64,000 bases of DNA from Opitutales bacterium (lineage in GTDB: Bacteria > Verrucomicrobiota > Verrucomicrobiia > Opitutales > UBA2987). Of the stretch, positions 1 through 11,090 are shown piece after piece. Location of the stretch: assembly GCA_965226885.1 (NCBI GenBank), contig CBDDEL010000015.1, positions 416,001-480,000 on the forward strand. Reading direction: 5' to 3'. The position numbers and the translations under genes are program-made. Within the stretch, counting starts at the first letter, position 1. The number at the start of each line of letters is the position of its first letter. Under the pieces are notes generated by a model. The model was not told the origin of the DNA, ran no database searches, and saw nothing but the letters and a program-made list of their open reading frames with translations.

Positions 1-1
1 C

Positions 2-925
2 TATCTGGGTGGGCCCGACGGCTTTAGCGGGGACCACAGCTGGCGCGTCCCGGTGCCGTATCCAATCGCCGTGAACACCGCTGACCTTAATGCCGATGGA
101 TGGCTTGATTTGATTGTCTCATGCGCTGCGCATTACCACCTGCAAAAAGACACCATGCACGTCTTCTTCGGTAGCCGCGACGGTTATCGAAGCGAAAACT
201 CGCAGAAGCTGCTGGCGGAATACACCCCGATCTTCACGGCCATTGCCGATTTCAACCGCGACGGGCACCTGGACGTGGCTGCCACCGGATACTCGACCTC
301 CAAGGCACGGGTCATCCCCGCACAAGTATTCTGGGGCACCGGAAAGGCTCTTGACTGGGACCATCCGGTCAATCTGCCGGCGGAAGGTTCCGGCGCCGCC
401 ACCCAAGTGGACTTGAACCGGGACGGTTGGATTGATCTCGTCCTGGCCTGCCACCGCAATGACATCGGGCATCAGGTTGATTCCTTGATTTACTGGAATG
501 GCCCGGAAGGCTTTCTGGCCGCTCCGGCAACGCGTCTGCCGGGCTTGGGCCCCCACGGCATGACCGCCCGCGATCGAGGCAATGCCTATACCCGAGAGCC
601 GGATGAGTCCTACTTTTCCCCGCCATTTGACATGACGGACATGACGGCCAAACGGCTTCACTGGAAGGCCGATGTAATCCTGCCAGCAGAGTTAAAATTT
701 CAGATGCGAGTCGCGCCTACCAGGGAGGAACTCTCTCAGAGCCCATGGATGGGTCCGCAGGGTCCGGATACCTTCTATGAACGATCCGGTCAGAAATTGA
801 AGGGGTCCCCCCGCGGCGCCCGATGGCTGCAATACCGGGCCGTGTTTGTTTCGCCCTACGCCTGCCGATCACCCCGGCTCCATGAAGTTCGCGTAGACTT
901 CGTGCCCGTGGTCCCCAAGAGCTGA
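2..925 (+). CDS. FG-GAP/VCBS-like YWG-repeat protein, paralog 1 (5'-partial, runs off window start)
   Basis: Frame is open from base 2 (YLGGPDGFSG...). It has DLNxDGxxDL plus (Y/F)W(G/N) repeats, LPGLGPH, and the same C-terminal domain (FQMR...W.GP.G...QYRA..S...P.L..V) as the paralogs at 5094, 13565 and 28367. Confidence 0.88.
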   Translation, partial: YLGGPDGFSGDHSWRVPVPYPIAVNTADLNADGWLDLIVSCAAHYHLQKDTMHVFFGSRDGYRSENSQKLLAEYTPIFTAIADFNRDGHLDVAATGYSTSKARVIPAQVFWGTGKALDWDHPVNLPAEGSGAATQVDLNRDGWIDLVLACHRNDIGHQVDSLIYWNGPEGFLAAPATRLPGLGPHGMTARDRGNAYTREPDESYFSPPFDMTDMTAKRLHWKADVILPAELKFQMRVAPTREELSQSPWMGPQGPDTFYERSGQKLKGSPRGARWLQYRAVFVSPYACRSPRLHEVRVDFVPVVPKS

Positions 926-933
926 CCGAGACA

Positions 934-1802
934 TTACTCCAGCTCCCAGCGACTCGGGTTGATGCCCGGAGCCTCCCGCGGCATGTCCGGCGGTTTATTG
1001 CCGGCTTCCGGTCGCCAGATGCGGCCGCTGCGATCCCCCATGAGCTCGCGCACCGCCTTCGGCAACCCGGCCACCTCCTGCGCGTCCCATGGCTGCACCC
1101 GGTCGGCCGGACCGGACCAGGTCGGCCGGTAGGAAAGCTGCAGAGACTCCCTCGCGTAAGTGCCCACATTTGGGTAATTGCCGTGAAACAGGTAGTGGTT
1201 GAACACTACGGCCGAACCCGCTTTGCAGGTCACCATGACCTCTTCCGGGTGCTCCTCGTAGCGCAAGTATGGATTGGCTTCGTTGTGGAAGCTCAAATGT
1301 GTCCGCGGTATGACGCGAAAGGGGGATATACCTCAGGAGTGAGATCGTCAAGATAGTAGAGGACACGGACCAATTTTGGGCAAGTATACTCGGCCGGAAA
1401 GATTTGGGAGCCCCACGGCTGGCCATCGCAGTGCAGACTGATGCCGGGGTGCCCGGGTTCGGACCGCCCGTAGTCGTATGACATCGGGACCACCTCGCCG
1501 CACAACGTCTTGAGGAATCGGATCATCGGCGGAAAGGCGATCAACTCGGTTATCGGCCCCCCCTCAAACTGCACGTTCGCGCGACCCCGCTGATGCACGC
1601 TTTAATCCACGTGCGTCGTCTCAAAGGTCGCTGTCTGCGCTTTGAGACGTCTTATGTGTCCGGCGTCGAGAAGGTTGGGAATCAGGACGTATCCCTCCAC
1701 CTCCAAGTGCCGAATTCGGTCTCCAAGGGTAAACCGGCTCCAATCGCGATCATCGATACGCGGTTTGCCGTCGGGTGTATTGGTCGCAGAGAAGTCTGAC
1801 AT
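934..1802 (-). pseudogene. Phytanoyl-CoA dioxygenase (PhyH)-like Fe(II)/2OG dioxygenase, disrupted
   Basis: Three pieces join into one protein (EGYVLIPNLL, HCD, YLDDLT, FNHYLFHG). In-frame TAA at 1602-1604 and a 2-bp duplication at about 1326-1329. Confidence 0.8.
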
Positions 1803-1968
1803 GCCTCGATTTACCAATTAGCCGTAGTCCTACATTACAAACTGATGTGAATTACCATAACCGTGGGCAGAGAGTCAATCACGAACACTTTCGCCCCCTC
1901 GCGCGCGATCAACACGGCAGTAGCCTTGCCATTCCCTCACCCGGGCCCCGAGTTGCCCAGCCACTTCT

Positions 1969-2658
1969 CTACTTTTGGGGTTCAATTCCCAACCCTTCCA
2001 AATAGCTCTGGCCCGAATCCCATTTCTCGAAGATAGCTTCTTCTTCAGCCAGGATCTCATGTGCCGCTTCGATCACGGAAGGCGCATCTTCGGCGCGGCA
2101 GAATACTATGCCATCTTCGTCCGCTATAACCAAGTCACCCGGTGTGGCTACGACACCGCCAATGCAAACCTCAACTTCCGCTTCCGCGCCAATGTAACCT
2201 TCGGGGAATCTAGGTATGACGAAGGATTCCGTCGAGATCAGCCGGTGAAACATTTGCATTCCCTGATTTTTAACATCCGCGATATCGCGAATGGTACCGT
2301 CAATGATTACTCCGCTGAGACCAGCGTGGACAAACGACCGGCAGGCGCCACCACCATAGGGTGAACGCAGTCCCAGCCGCGATTCCGTTACGAGAACAGG
2401 TGATGCCAGTTCTTTCGCCCGCTCGAATGCTTTGGCAAGAACATAAGCGAAAGATGGCTGTTCTGTTGGATAATAATCCAGTAAAACTGTCACATCTGTC
2501 CCCGCCACGCGCTTATCGGGGATGAGTGGGCGCAGAGCGGGGTCGACAATGCGGCGCGTCAAACCCAGTTTCTGCATACCGTCAGCGATAAACGGTGACC
2601 CCAGTTCAAGAAAATTTCTAATGCTGTCTTCATTATTCATATCGATTTCTTCGGTCAT
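1969..2658 (-). CDS. RraA/HMG-aldolase family protein
   Basis: GVIIDGTIRD and GGVVATPGDLVIADEDGIV motifs. Confidence 0.85.
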   Translation of the reverse strand: MTEEIDMNNEDSIRNFLELGSPFIADGMQKLGLTRRIVDPALRPLIPDKRVAGTDVTVLLDYYPTEQPSFAYVLAKAFERAKELASPVLVTESRLGLRSPYGGGACRSFVHAGLSGVIIDGTIRDIADVKNQGMQMFHRLISTESFVIPRFPEGYIGAEAEVEVCIGGVVATPGDLVIADEDGIVFCRAEDAPSVIEAAHEILAEEEAIFEKWDSGQSYLEGLGIEPQK

Positions 2659-2752
2659 AAGTGATTATAAAATATGTGCTCTTCAATATGTATGTGCAAT
2701 GTTTTCATAATGCCGATTGCCGATCGAAAAGCCTGCGTAGCGCACTGTCTTG

Positions 2753-3825
2753 ATGAACTTTGACCAAACAGGCAAAGTCCAGACCGTCCTGGGCCTCATC
2801 GATCCGCAAGATTTGGGGATGACGCTCACCCATGAGCACATTCTCCTCGACTTGTCTTCAGCGATTGAACCTCCGGAAGAACCTGCGGCGAGGGAATTCT
2901 TTTACAAACCGGTTTCCCTGGAGACGGTGGGCTATATCCGGTTTTATTCCTTCCCCAATGCCGACAATTGTAAATTGCAGGACATCGATACAGCCATCGA
3001 GGAGTTAAATCTTTACAAGCTACACGGGGGGAATTCCCTCGTGGAGGTATCCAGCGTCGGCCTCTCGCGGGACCCGGTCGGCTTGGCAAGAATCGCCCGG
3101 GCGACTGGACTTAATATCGTTATGGGCTGCTCTCATTCTATGTTGACGCGGTGCACCCACCGGACATGGATAACCGCAGTGAGGACGACCTCTGTAACGA
3201 AATCGTGCGTGACGTGACCCAAGGTCCAGGCGATACTGGCATACGGGCGGGTATTATTGGCGAAGTGGGTTGCTCTTGGCCCTTGACCCACAATGAGCGT
3301 AAGGTCTTGCGTGCCTCTGGACGAGCGCAACAGATCACCGGAGCGCCTCTGATGATTCACCCAGGCCGCGACGAGTATGCGCCCGAGGAGATCCTGGATG
3401 TGCTCGGCACGGTAGGCGCCGACCCCAAACGCATGATCATGGCTCACCTGGAACGAACCGTATTCCAGCGCAGCACTCTGAAGTGCATAGCACAGACTGG
3501 ATGCTACCTGGAGTGGGACCACTTTGGTTATGAGCATTCCTATTTTGGAAACAATCCAAAGGTTGAGCTGCCTAACGACGCTGCGAGAATGGACATCATT
3601 GCCTGGGCGATTTCAGAAGGATATGGGGATCAGATCTTGGTAGCGCATGATGTGGCGGCGAAATCGAAATTAATTAAATACGGCGGCCACGGGTACTTTT
3701 ACATCTTTCAGCACATTGTCCCGAGAATGCGCGCCCGCGGCTACAGCGAAGATGATGTGGACCGGATTTTGGTAAGAAACCCCGCATCCGCTTTAACCTT
3801 CGTCACCCCGAAGGGCCTCAAATAA
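2753..3825 (+). pseudogene. Phosphotriesterase-family amidohydrolase, frameshifted
   Basis: TLTHEH, AGIIGEVG, MIHPG, LVAHD motifs. A TC duplication at 3131-3134 splits it; removing it restores GCSFYVDAVHP. Confidence 0.88.
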
Positions 3826-3958
3826 TTGAAATCGAGTCAATACCTCAACCTTATCCGGCAACGGGCTATTCGATCCGTCGGGTGTCGGGAGCAGGACCCG
3901 GTATTGCAGCCAGGAGGATTTTTTTCCTATCGGACTTCCCGACAGGGTGATAGATACA

Positions 3959-5066
3959 TTACGAAGACCAGGCGCGCCGAAAGAATCGCAGAGCATTGCC
4001 GTGAAGTATTCCGTTGATGTCTTCCTCGTGGATTCCAGCTTTACGCAAAACCGCAGAGAAGCTTTGTAGATCCGCAATGGTGTCTACATCGGTTGGCGTC
4101 AACTCGGCGCCGAATCCGCCATCCATGTCAGTCCCGATCGCGATATTGTTCAATGATCCGCCGGCCAGATTCGCGATATTCTCAATGTGAGGTATGAGAC
4201 CGTCCATTCCGTACTTGGACTCCCACGACTTCGGCGGGGGAAGGTTTTCCCACACCACGTCGGGATCGATGAAGAACTGACAGAACACCAACCTGATGAT
4301 CCCATCACGTCGAATGACCTCGCGGATCATATCATCCGTCAGATGGCGCTGGCCTTTGACAATTGATCGACACGTGCAATGCGAGGCGAGTACGGGACCA
4401 TCCCAAAGTTCGAGCGACTCCCACACGGCCTGGGTCGGCCATATGGGTGATGTCGAGGATCATTCCGGCCTCGCGCATCGCTTGGTAGAGTGGCTTGGCC
4501 GCGGGTTTCAATCCCCCCTCCGTAAATGTGCCGTGAATATAGGTGTTGTCGCCGAAGTGCGCGGGACCGACGACCCTTAACCCCGCATCCCACCAGAAGG
4601 CGACATCGTCGGGATTTGCGATCGGATCCGCACTTTCCATGGACAGGATGTGATAAATGGGAGTGCGATCGGTCGGATTCTGCCAGACCTCGACCGCTTC
4701 GTTGAGGTCGTCCAGCCCCCCAACAGGCTTGATATCACCGCGCCGCGCCATTGCCTGGTAGTAGGCCAAATGCCCGCGCCCCGTTGCCATGGTTTGCTCT
4801 TGCGTGCGCATGCCGTCTCGCCGGCTGTCCCGGTAGCGCTGTTCAATGCGCGACATGATCGTGCTGAGCATGATGCCGACGCTTCCGCGGCGCATTTCCG
4901 GAAATGTCACCGTGCACAGTCCAGTATCAAAGTCATCCGCGACTTGGGGAATGTCGTTTTCTTCCTGCCGGCGGACCTGGTGAGCCGTCAAAGTCAGATC
5001 GCGGTTCCAAAACAGCGCGTCCCAGGCGAGGTCGAGATGCAAATCGATGATTAAAGGTTGTGCCAT
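3959..5066 (-). pseudogene. Membrane dipeptidase (peptidase M19), frameshifted
   Basis: IDLHLD, SMESAD, LDITH, ASH and IGTDMDGG motifs. +1 base at 4432-4434 (HMADQAVW restored on removal). Confidence 0.85.
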
Positions 5067-5093
5067 GGCACGCTTAAGGGCCGGCGGTAGCAA

Positions 5094-7955
5094 CTACCGG
5101 GTAGAGGTGTATTGAATCGAGACGGATCGGAGGACAGGAGAGCTGGCCGAGCCGGGGCTGATCAAGCTCGCTTTGTACTGGATCCAGCGAACCTCCGCCT
5201 CTCGTCTCGCCAAGCTGGCGCCTGACTCGGTGTAGAAGCTTTGCGGGCCGTCGGGCCCCCCCCAGGGGGCCGACTCCAGGGCCTCGCGTGTGCCGGCCGA
5301 TCGAACCTGAAACTCGAGGCCCGTCTCAAAGGGAGTGTCTCCCTCCCAGCTGATGGCCTCCAAGCGAACCTTGGACCCCGTATCAAAGGACGGGGAGACG
5401 TAGTCGTAGCGGTCTCCTCGATCATAGACGTGGCCGTTATCGGATGTCAAGTAATGGGGACCTAACCCCGGCAGAAGAGTTCGCCGATCGACAGAGAAAC
5501 CGTCGTCGCTTCCCCAGTAAAGAAAGGAATCGTTGCGGTGGTTGCCCTCCTTGGAGTGACAGGCGAAGAGAATGTCGGCGCGATCATCTCCGTCGAAGTC
5601 GTTGACATAAATGCCGGAGGCCGAATTTGTGGGCAGCAGGGTCATTCGGGAAGCCTCGAAGCCCGCGGCGCTGTTCCAGTAGATCGTGGAAGGATGGCTC
5701 CGGGTATAGCCGGCGTGGTAGCTGGAAAGGACCACGTCCAACATACCGTTGCCGTTCAGATCCGCTACCGCTACGTCGGCATTTCCCACCGAGGGAAGGA
5801 TCTGCCGGCGGGATGCGTCATACCCATCGGGCCCGCCCCAGTAGATGAAGGTGTCACCCTCGGGGGAACCCCCGAAAGACTGGGGCTTGCCGGGAGCGGG
5901 ATTGGCGTCGTAGAGATTAGGCACGATCAGGTCCAGAAACCCGTCTGCATTGAGGTCTGCAACCTCGACGGAAGCGGAGACTCTCGACGGCAGAGCGGTC
6001 TTGCGGTCATTGTCGAAACCCAAGGGACTGTTCCAGAATATGACGAGCTGGTCGATGGTGGTGCTGAAGAAGATGTCCAGCCAGCCGTCGCGATTCAGGT
6101 CTCCGGTGGAGTGGACGCGGATGCTGCCAATCTCGAATTCGAATCGGTTGTTTCCCGTGAATCCCGATGGGCCGCCCCAGTAGAGGCTGGTAGATTCACT
6201 GCCGGGCTCCCACTGGCTGAGAGAAATGTCCAGGTAACCGTCCCGGTTGTAGTCGGCCACCCGGGAGGAGAACCCTCCGAGGTCCGAGAGTAGGTGCCGG
6301 TTGCCGGACGAATATCCATCAGGTCCTCCCCAATAGATACCCGAACCGCTGCTTTCTTCGTCCTCGATCGATGCAAAGACGAGGTCCACGTAACCGTCCT
6401 GATCGATGTCGGCACTGTCGTAGAAGCTGCCGCCAGTGGGCAGGTCCTGGCGGCGCCCGGAATCGAACTTCCCAGCCTCGTCGCCCCAGTAGATGTAGGA
6501 GGGAGTGGGTCGGTTGAAGTTCGATGCGTTGACGAAGACCAGATCCGTGAGTCCATCTCCATTCAAGTCTCCCGTCTGCACACCCGTCGCTTCCGAGGTG
6601 GGCAGTTCCGTCCGCCGGTCGGTACTGAAACCGTCCTCTCCTCCCCAGTAGAGGTAGGCTCGGGGCTGCTTGTAGAGGCCGGCGTTTGTCTGGGCGAAGA
6701 CCAGGTCCATGTGGCCGTCCCCATCCAGATCCACGATGGTGCAGCGGGTCGGGTTCCGCGTCGGCAAGGCCGTTCGTTTGTTGGGGCGGTAGCCTTCAGC
6801 CGTGCCCCAGTAGATGTAGGATGTGTTGCTCGACTTGTTGGCAAATAGCAAATCGGGCCTGCCGTCCCGATTCAAATCGGACGCTGCCACATCGGAAGCT
6901 CCCACCGTAGGCAGCGATGTCCGTGACTCGACCGAGTAACCTTCCCTGGATCCCCAGTACACGTAGGAGTTTACGGCCACCGTGTCGAGGATGTTGTACA
7001 TACCCATTTCCCGCGTTTTTAAACGATAGGAATTTGCCAGGACGATTTCAGGAAAGCCGTCCGCGTTCAGATCGGCCACGGCCACGGCCGAGGTTCTCTC
7101 CCCCGGCAGGTGGGTGCTGGGGCGGTGAGCGTAGTCTCCGTTGCCCCCGCCCCAATAGAGGAGCGCTCCGCCTTCTGCGTCGGTGTTCCCCTCGTTGGCA
7201 AAAACCAGGTCCAAATGGCCGTCTCCATCCAAGTCGGCCACGGCCACATCTCGACCATTGACGGTCCTGAGCGCCAGGCGACGGTCGGGCGAGTATCCTT
7301 GCGCAGAGCCCCAATAGACGAAGGACTGGTTATCGCGATCTACCGACACGTGATAACCGAGGCCACTGTTGGCAAACACAATGTCCAGATGGCCGTCCTC
7401 GTTTAGATCCTCCACCGCCACGGCTCGCGCTCCCCTGGTGGGAAGACCGCTCCGGGTGGAGGCGTCCAGGCCATCTGCACTTCCCCAATAGATGTAGGAT
7501 TCCAGGTCCGTCCTGGTCCCATTGAAGTTATTGGCGACGATCAGATCGGGATAACCGTCGGCATTCAGATCGGCCACGGCTCCGTCGCTCCCGCCGTTCG
7601 TAGGCAACTGCATGCGGCGCTGGGACGAGAACCTGTCGCCACCCCAGTAAATAAACAGGTCTTCCTTCGCGATGGGATCATGATCGTTAGGCAACACGAT
7701 ATCGATGCTGCCGTCGCCATTCAAGTCCCTGCGATTGATAAGCATCACCTCCCCGCCTGTCGTAACGAAGGTGTTGACGCCCCCGTCGCTAAAGCTACCG
7801 TCAACCAGGTCCAGAAAAGTTGAGGTGGTCCACAATTTCGCGTCGGCCCCCACTACCGGGACTGAGGAGACCAGGAATGCCAGCAGGGCCAGTCCCGCCG
7901 TTCCTGCAAGTTTGATGGAGATCCTATGATACTTGATGGAGATTCTATGATACAT
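5094..7955 (-). CDS. Secreted FG-GAP/VCBS-like YWG-repeat protein, paralog 2 (953 aa)
   Basis: Hydrophobic signal peptide, 14 DxNxDG...YW(G/N) repeats and a conserved C-terminal domain. In-frame 21-bp duplication (YHRISIK x2) at the N-terminus. Confidence 0.9.
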   Translation of the reverse strand: MYHRISIKYHRISIKLAGTAGLALLAFLVSSVPVVGADAKLWTTSTFLDLVDGSFSDGGVNTFVTTGGEVMLINRRDLNGDGSIDIVLPNDHDPIAKEDLFIYWGGDRFSSQRRMQLPTNGGSDGAVADLNADGYPDLIVANNFNGTRTDLESYIYWGSADGLDASTRSGLPTRGARAVAVEDLNEDGHLDIVFANSGLGYHVSVDRDNQSFVYWGSAQGYSPDRRLALRTVNGRDVAVADLDGDGHLDLVFANEGNTDAEGGALLYWGGGNGDYAHRPSTHLPGERTSAVAVADLNADGFPEIVLANSYRLKTREMGMYNILDTVAVNSYVYWGSREGYSVESRTSLPTVGASDVAASDLNRDGRPDLLFANKSSNTSYIYWGTAEGYRPNKRTALPTRNPTRCTIVDLDGDGHMDLVFAQTNAGLYKQPRAYLYWGGEDGFSTDRRTELPTSEATGVQTGDLNGDGLTDLVFVNASNFNRPTPSYIYWGDEAGKFDSGRRQDLPTGGSFYDSADIDQDGYVDLVFASIEDEESSGSGIYWGGPDGYSSGNRHLLSDLGGFSSRVADYNRDGYLDISLSQWEPGSESTSLYWGGPSGFTGNNRFEFEIGSIRVHSTGDLNRDGWLDIFFSTTIDQLVIFWNSPLGFDNDRKTALPSRVSASVEVADLNADGFLDLIVPNLYDANPAPGKPQSFGGSPEGDTFIYWGGPDGYDASRRQILPSVGNADVAVADLNGNGMLDVVLSSYHAGYTRSHPSTIYWNSAAGFEASRMTLLPTNSASGIYVNDFDGDDRADILFACHSKEGNHRNDSFLYWGSDDGFSVDRRTLLPGLGPHYLTSDNGHVYDRGDRYDYVSPSFDTGSKVRLEAISWEGDTPFETGLEFQVRSAGTREALESAPWGGPDGPQSFYTESGASLARREAEVRWIQYKASLISPGSASSPVLRSVSIQYTSTR

Positions 7956-8083
7956 GGTGCTACTCCCTCAATAGAGGTTTATGGGAAATTCAATTCCGGG
8001 AACGGATAACTTTATTCAGAAAACAAGAAGCATCAGGAATCAAGGCCAAGCACTTGTCAAACTTTATCAACCATTCTATTTTA

Positions 8084-9936
8084 GAGGCTGTCCCAATAAG
8101 AGGCTGTCCCAATAATATAAAGATTTTATAGTCAACTGGATGACGTTGATAAAAAGAGCCGGAAAGAGCAAGTTTTTGCTCGATCCGGCCAAAAAAGGGT
8201 TCTATAATTGAGTTAGCGAAAATCAATATAGCCCTTTCTATGCCCTTTCTATGAAAAATATAGCCATCCAATGCCTCCTGCGTCCAGCTTTAACTGTGGT
8301 CGACCGGTGCCTCGATTACGATAACTTCCGCGCCACCATTGATCGAATCGATCGGCTGCTGATCGACTCGGAGGTGGAATCGCAGGCCATTGAGCTGGCC
8401 TTGGAGGGGTGGCCGCCAATGGGTCTAAAGGCCCGGCGGCAGCGGGCCAGTTTTGCCATCAAGGCACTGCGCATGGATACGCTGGGCCGTCTGCTCGGAG
8501 GGATTTCGTTTCGGCATTTGTCGCGGGCTCTGGGCAGCAGCGATCTGTTGGCCGACTTTTGCCGTGTCCGGCAGATCGATGGCATCAGGGGCATCTCCAA
8601 AAGCACCCTGGAGCGGGCCTCGAAGTTTTTCAGCGAAGAGCAGTTGAGGGCCTTGCACCGGACCTTGACTGAGGTGGTGGGCGATGCCCTTCTGGCCCGG
8701 CAGGTGGGATTGGACAAGCCGATTGACCCCACCATTTGCCTGATCGACGGCACCTGTTTGGAGGCTAACATTCATTGGCCGACGGACTGGGTATTACTCA
8801 AGGATGTAGCCGGCACGTTGCTCAAAGCGATCCGGCTGATCCGCGAGAAGGCCGGTGTGCGCCATCGCATGCCGATCGAACCGGAGCCCTTGGCTCGGCA
8901 GATGAATCGGCTGTGCATACAGATGACCCACAGCCGGCGGCGAAAGGACAGCGCGCGGCAGCGCAAGGGTATCTTGAGGCAGATGAAAAAGCTGCTCAAA
9001 CGGATCGGTGAGCATGCCCGCAGTCACCGGGAATTATTGCAAGCCTGCTGGGAGCAAAGCGATTACAGCGAAAAACAGGTCCAACAGATCCTCGCCCGGA
9101 TGGAGCGCATGAGCGAGCAAATCCCGGTGGTCATCAAACAGGCGCACGAGCGGATCATTGGCGGCCGCCAGGTGAAAAACGCAGAGAAAGTCTTGAGTGT
9201 TTACGAACTCGATGGGCAGGTGATTGTGCGAGGTAAAGCGGGCCAAGAGGTCGAGTTCGGCAACACCCTGTTTTTGGGAGAAAGCGTTGAAGGGTACCTG
9301 CTGGACTGGAAACTCTACGGCAGCCGAACTCCAAGCGAAAATGAACAAATGCAAGAGAGTTTGCAAAGACAGAACCGCTTCAACCTGGAAGAACCCATAG
9401 CGGCCATGTGCGCGGACCGGGGATTTGCCTCCCAGCGGGCCCGCCGGCAGTTAGCCCAGGAGGGAATCTACGACGCGCTCTGTCCACGCGATCCGAAGCA
9501 GTTGAAAAAACGGATGGAGGAACCACTGTTCAGACAATTGCAAAAGCGCCGGGCCAGCACCGAAGGGCGGATCGGGGGGATCGGGGTATTGAAGAATCGC
9601 TGGCAGGCCGGGCGGTTGCGCAGCAAAGGCTTTGCCAACCGCTCGATCAGCGTAGCCTGGTCGGTACTCTCGCACAACCTATGGAAAGTAGCCAAGATGC
9701 TGGCCCAGCAAGACGAACTAAAAACCAAAGCGGCGGCCTAGAGAGCGGAAAAGCAAGGACAATACTTTTTCACAGCCTTACTGTCGGCTCATACAAAGAA
9801 AACCAGGCAACCGGACCCCAAAACCAGTATCCTAACGTCATAGGAGAGCAAAGTTGATACTCTCCCAAATGCAAATACCTCTAAAATGAGCGCCTATCAA
9901 AAGCCCTCGCAAAAATCACCCTTTTGGGACAGCCTC
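8084..9936 (+). mobile_element. IS5/ISNCY-like IS, copy 1 (transposase 8251-9741)
   Basis: IRs GAGGCTGTCCCAA/TTGGGACAGCCTC with flanking repeat TATTTTA. DDE transposase motifs IDGT..PTD, GK..VEFG, ADRGF, TEGRIG. Family assignment is tentative. Confidence 0.92.
8251..9741 (+). CDS. DDE transposase (IS5/ISNCY-like)
   Basis: 496-aa ORF, near-identical to the copies at 25190-26675 and 36025-37500. Carries an in-frame 9-bp duplication. Confidence 0.9.
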   Translation: MKNIAIQCLLRPALTVVDRCLDYDNFRATIDRIDRLLIDSEVESQAIELALEGWPPMGLKARRQRASFAIKALRMDTLGRLLGGISFRHLSRALGSSDLLADFCRVRQIDGIRGISKSTLERASKFFSEEQLRALHRTLTEVVGDALLARQVGLDKPIDPTICLIDGTCLEANIHWPTDWVLLKDVAGTLLKAIRLIREKAGVRHRMPIEPEPLARQMNRLCIQMTHSRRRKDSARQRKGILRQMKKLLKRIGEHARSHRELLQACWEQSDYSEKQVQQILARMERMSEQIPVVIKQAHERIIGGRQVKNAEKVLSVYELDGQVIVRGKAGQEVEFGNTLFLGESVEGYLLDWKLYGSRTPSENEQMQESLQRQNRFNLEEPIAAMCADRGFASQRARRQLAQEGIYDALCPRDPKQLKKRMEEPLFRQLQKRRASTEGRIGGIGVLKNRWQAGRLRSKGFANRSISVAWSVLSHNLWKVAKMLAQQDELKTKAAA

Positions 9937-9975
9937 TATTTTAACCGGCGACCAGGACAAATTTTTCTAACTCTG

Positions 9976-10995
9976 CTAAGATAACGGCACCAGTCTGAGG
10001 GAATTCTGCGAGAGGATTTTGTCGAGGACAGAATCCGGCAATTCCAGGTCTTTGAGGAACATGAGATGGAAGCCCTCAAAATTATCCCGGCCAAACAGAA
10101 TGCGATCCTGGTACGAGATGAGAAAGCGACGAGCGTTTTCCGCATCTCTCTTGAGGGCATTCAATCCCGAACCGGCGGATATGTCACAGTAGAGATTGGG
10201 ATACTTGTCGAGCAGGGAAATTAACTTTCCGCCCGCTACTACGGGACCGCCGGGATACATCTCGAGGACTTGCTCCGAATCCCCGCTGATCTCCCGCCAG
10301 AATCCCGGGGCGTGACCGATGAAGTTGGTATCCGGGCAACGTTGTAATACGCGTTCGATGGTATCGATCTCGCCGCCCCACCAATAACGCCGCGGCGAAT
10401 CTTTGAGATCGACCCTCAGCTGGCCCGTCGGGTCCGGAAGGATGACTTCCAAATGAAACAGCACCGGCAGTCCCAGTTCACCGCAGAGCTCAAACATTTC
10501 AATCAGGTCCAGGTTGTCGTACATGAGGCGAAGCTTGAGCTCACCATAGACGCGAACATTATAGGTTTCCACGGCCGCGCGGAGGCGATCTTTAGCCTGG
10601 GGAAGGCGTGGATCGGTGACCCAGGCGGCCACAAAACGATCGGGATACAACTCTGTTGCAAGGATCACATCCTCGAAAGGTAGTCCCAACTTGTGTGGAG
10701 AGAGGTCGAGATGAACCCATGGGGGAAATTCCTCGCGCGGTCCTTCCCAAGGAAGCAACCAGGCGACATCAATGCCCAACCGGTCCATGTTTTCAACGAC
10801 TTCGTGGATGTTATAGCCGTGATAGTTCACATGGGTGTGAACATCGATGATGCGTTTGCCCTGGAAGGGGGGCTTGGCCGGACTGGCAGCAAAAGAAGGA
10901 GACCGAAAAGCCAGCCCCCCCGCAGCACCTAGCAAACCCATGCGCAGGAACTTCCGTCGATCAATTTCAAGCGCATTCATCCGAGAAATCCTCAT
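9976..10995 (-). CDS. Amidohydrolase family protein with Tat-type signal
   Basis: DRRKFL followed by a hydrophobic stretch; IDVHTH, PVLFH, FIGH, ILFGRD motifs. Confidence 0.87.
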   Translation of the reverse strand: MRISRMNALEIDRRKFLRMGLLGAAGGLAFRSPSFAASPAKPPFQGKRIIDVHTHVNYHGYNIHEVVENMDRLGIDVAWLLPWEGPREEFPPWVHLDLSPHKLGLPFEDVILATELYPDRFVAAWVTDPRLPQAKDRLRAAVETYNVRVYGELKLRLMYDNLDLIEMFELCGELGLPVLFHLEVILPDPTGQLRVDLKDSPRRYWWGGEIDTIERVLQRCPDTNFIGHAPGFWREISGDSEQVLEMYPGGPVVAGGKLISLLDKYPNLYCDISAGSGLNALKRDAENARRFLISYQDRILFGRDNFEGFHLMFLKDLELPDSVLDKILSQNSLRLVPLS

Positions 10996-11090
10996 TAGTC
11001 GAGGGGATGTTGAAAGGGAAATGGAAAAATGGCAAGATCGTTAAAGAACGATGAATCAATGAACTCACCGGGCTGTCTTACGCACCTAAG

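Noticed and set aside
1602..1604. Stop-codon readthrough or alternative genetic code in the PhyH gene
   Set aside because: TAA terminates many genes here and the same gene also has a frameshift; a simple nonsense mutation is more likely.
3883..3944. 8-bp inverted repeat TGTCGGGA/TCCCGACA between convergent genes
   Set aside because: Too short and widely spaced to call as a terminator or IS remnant.
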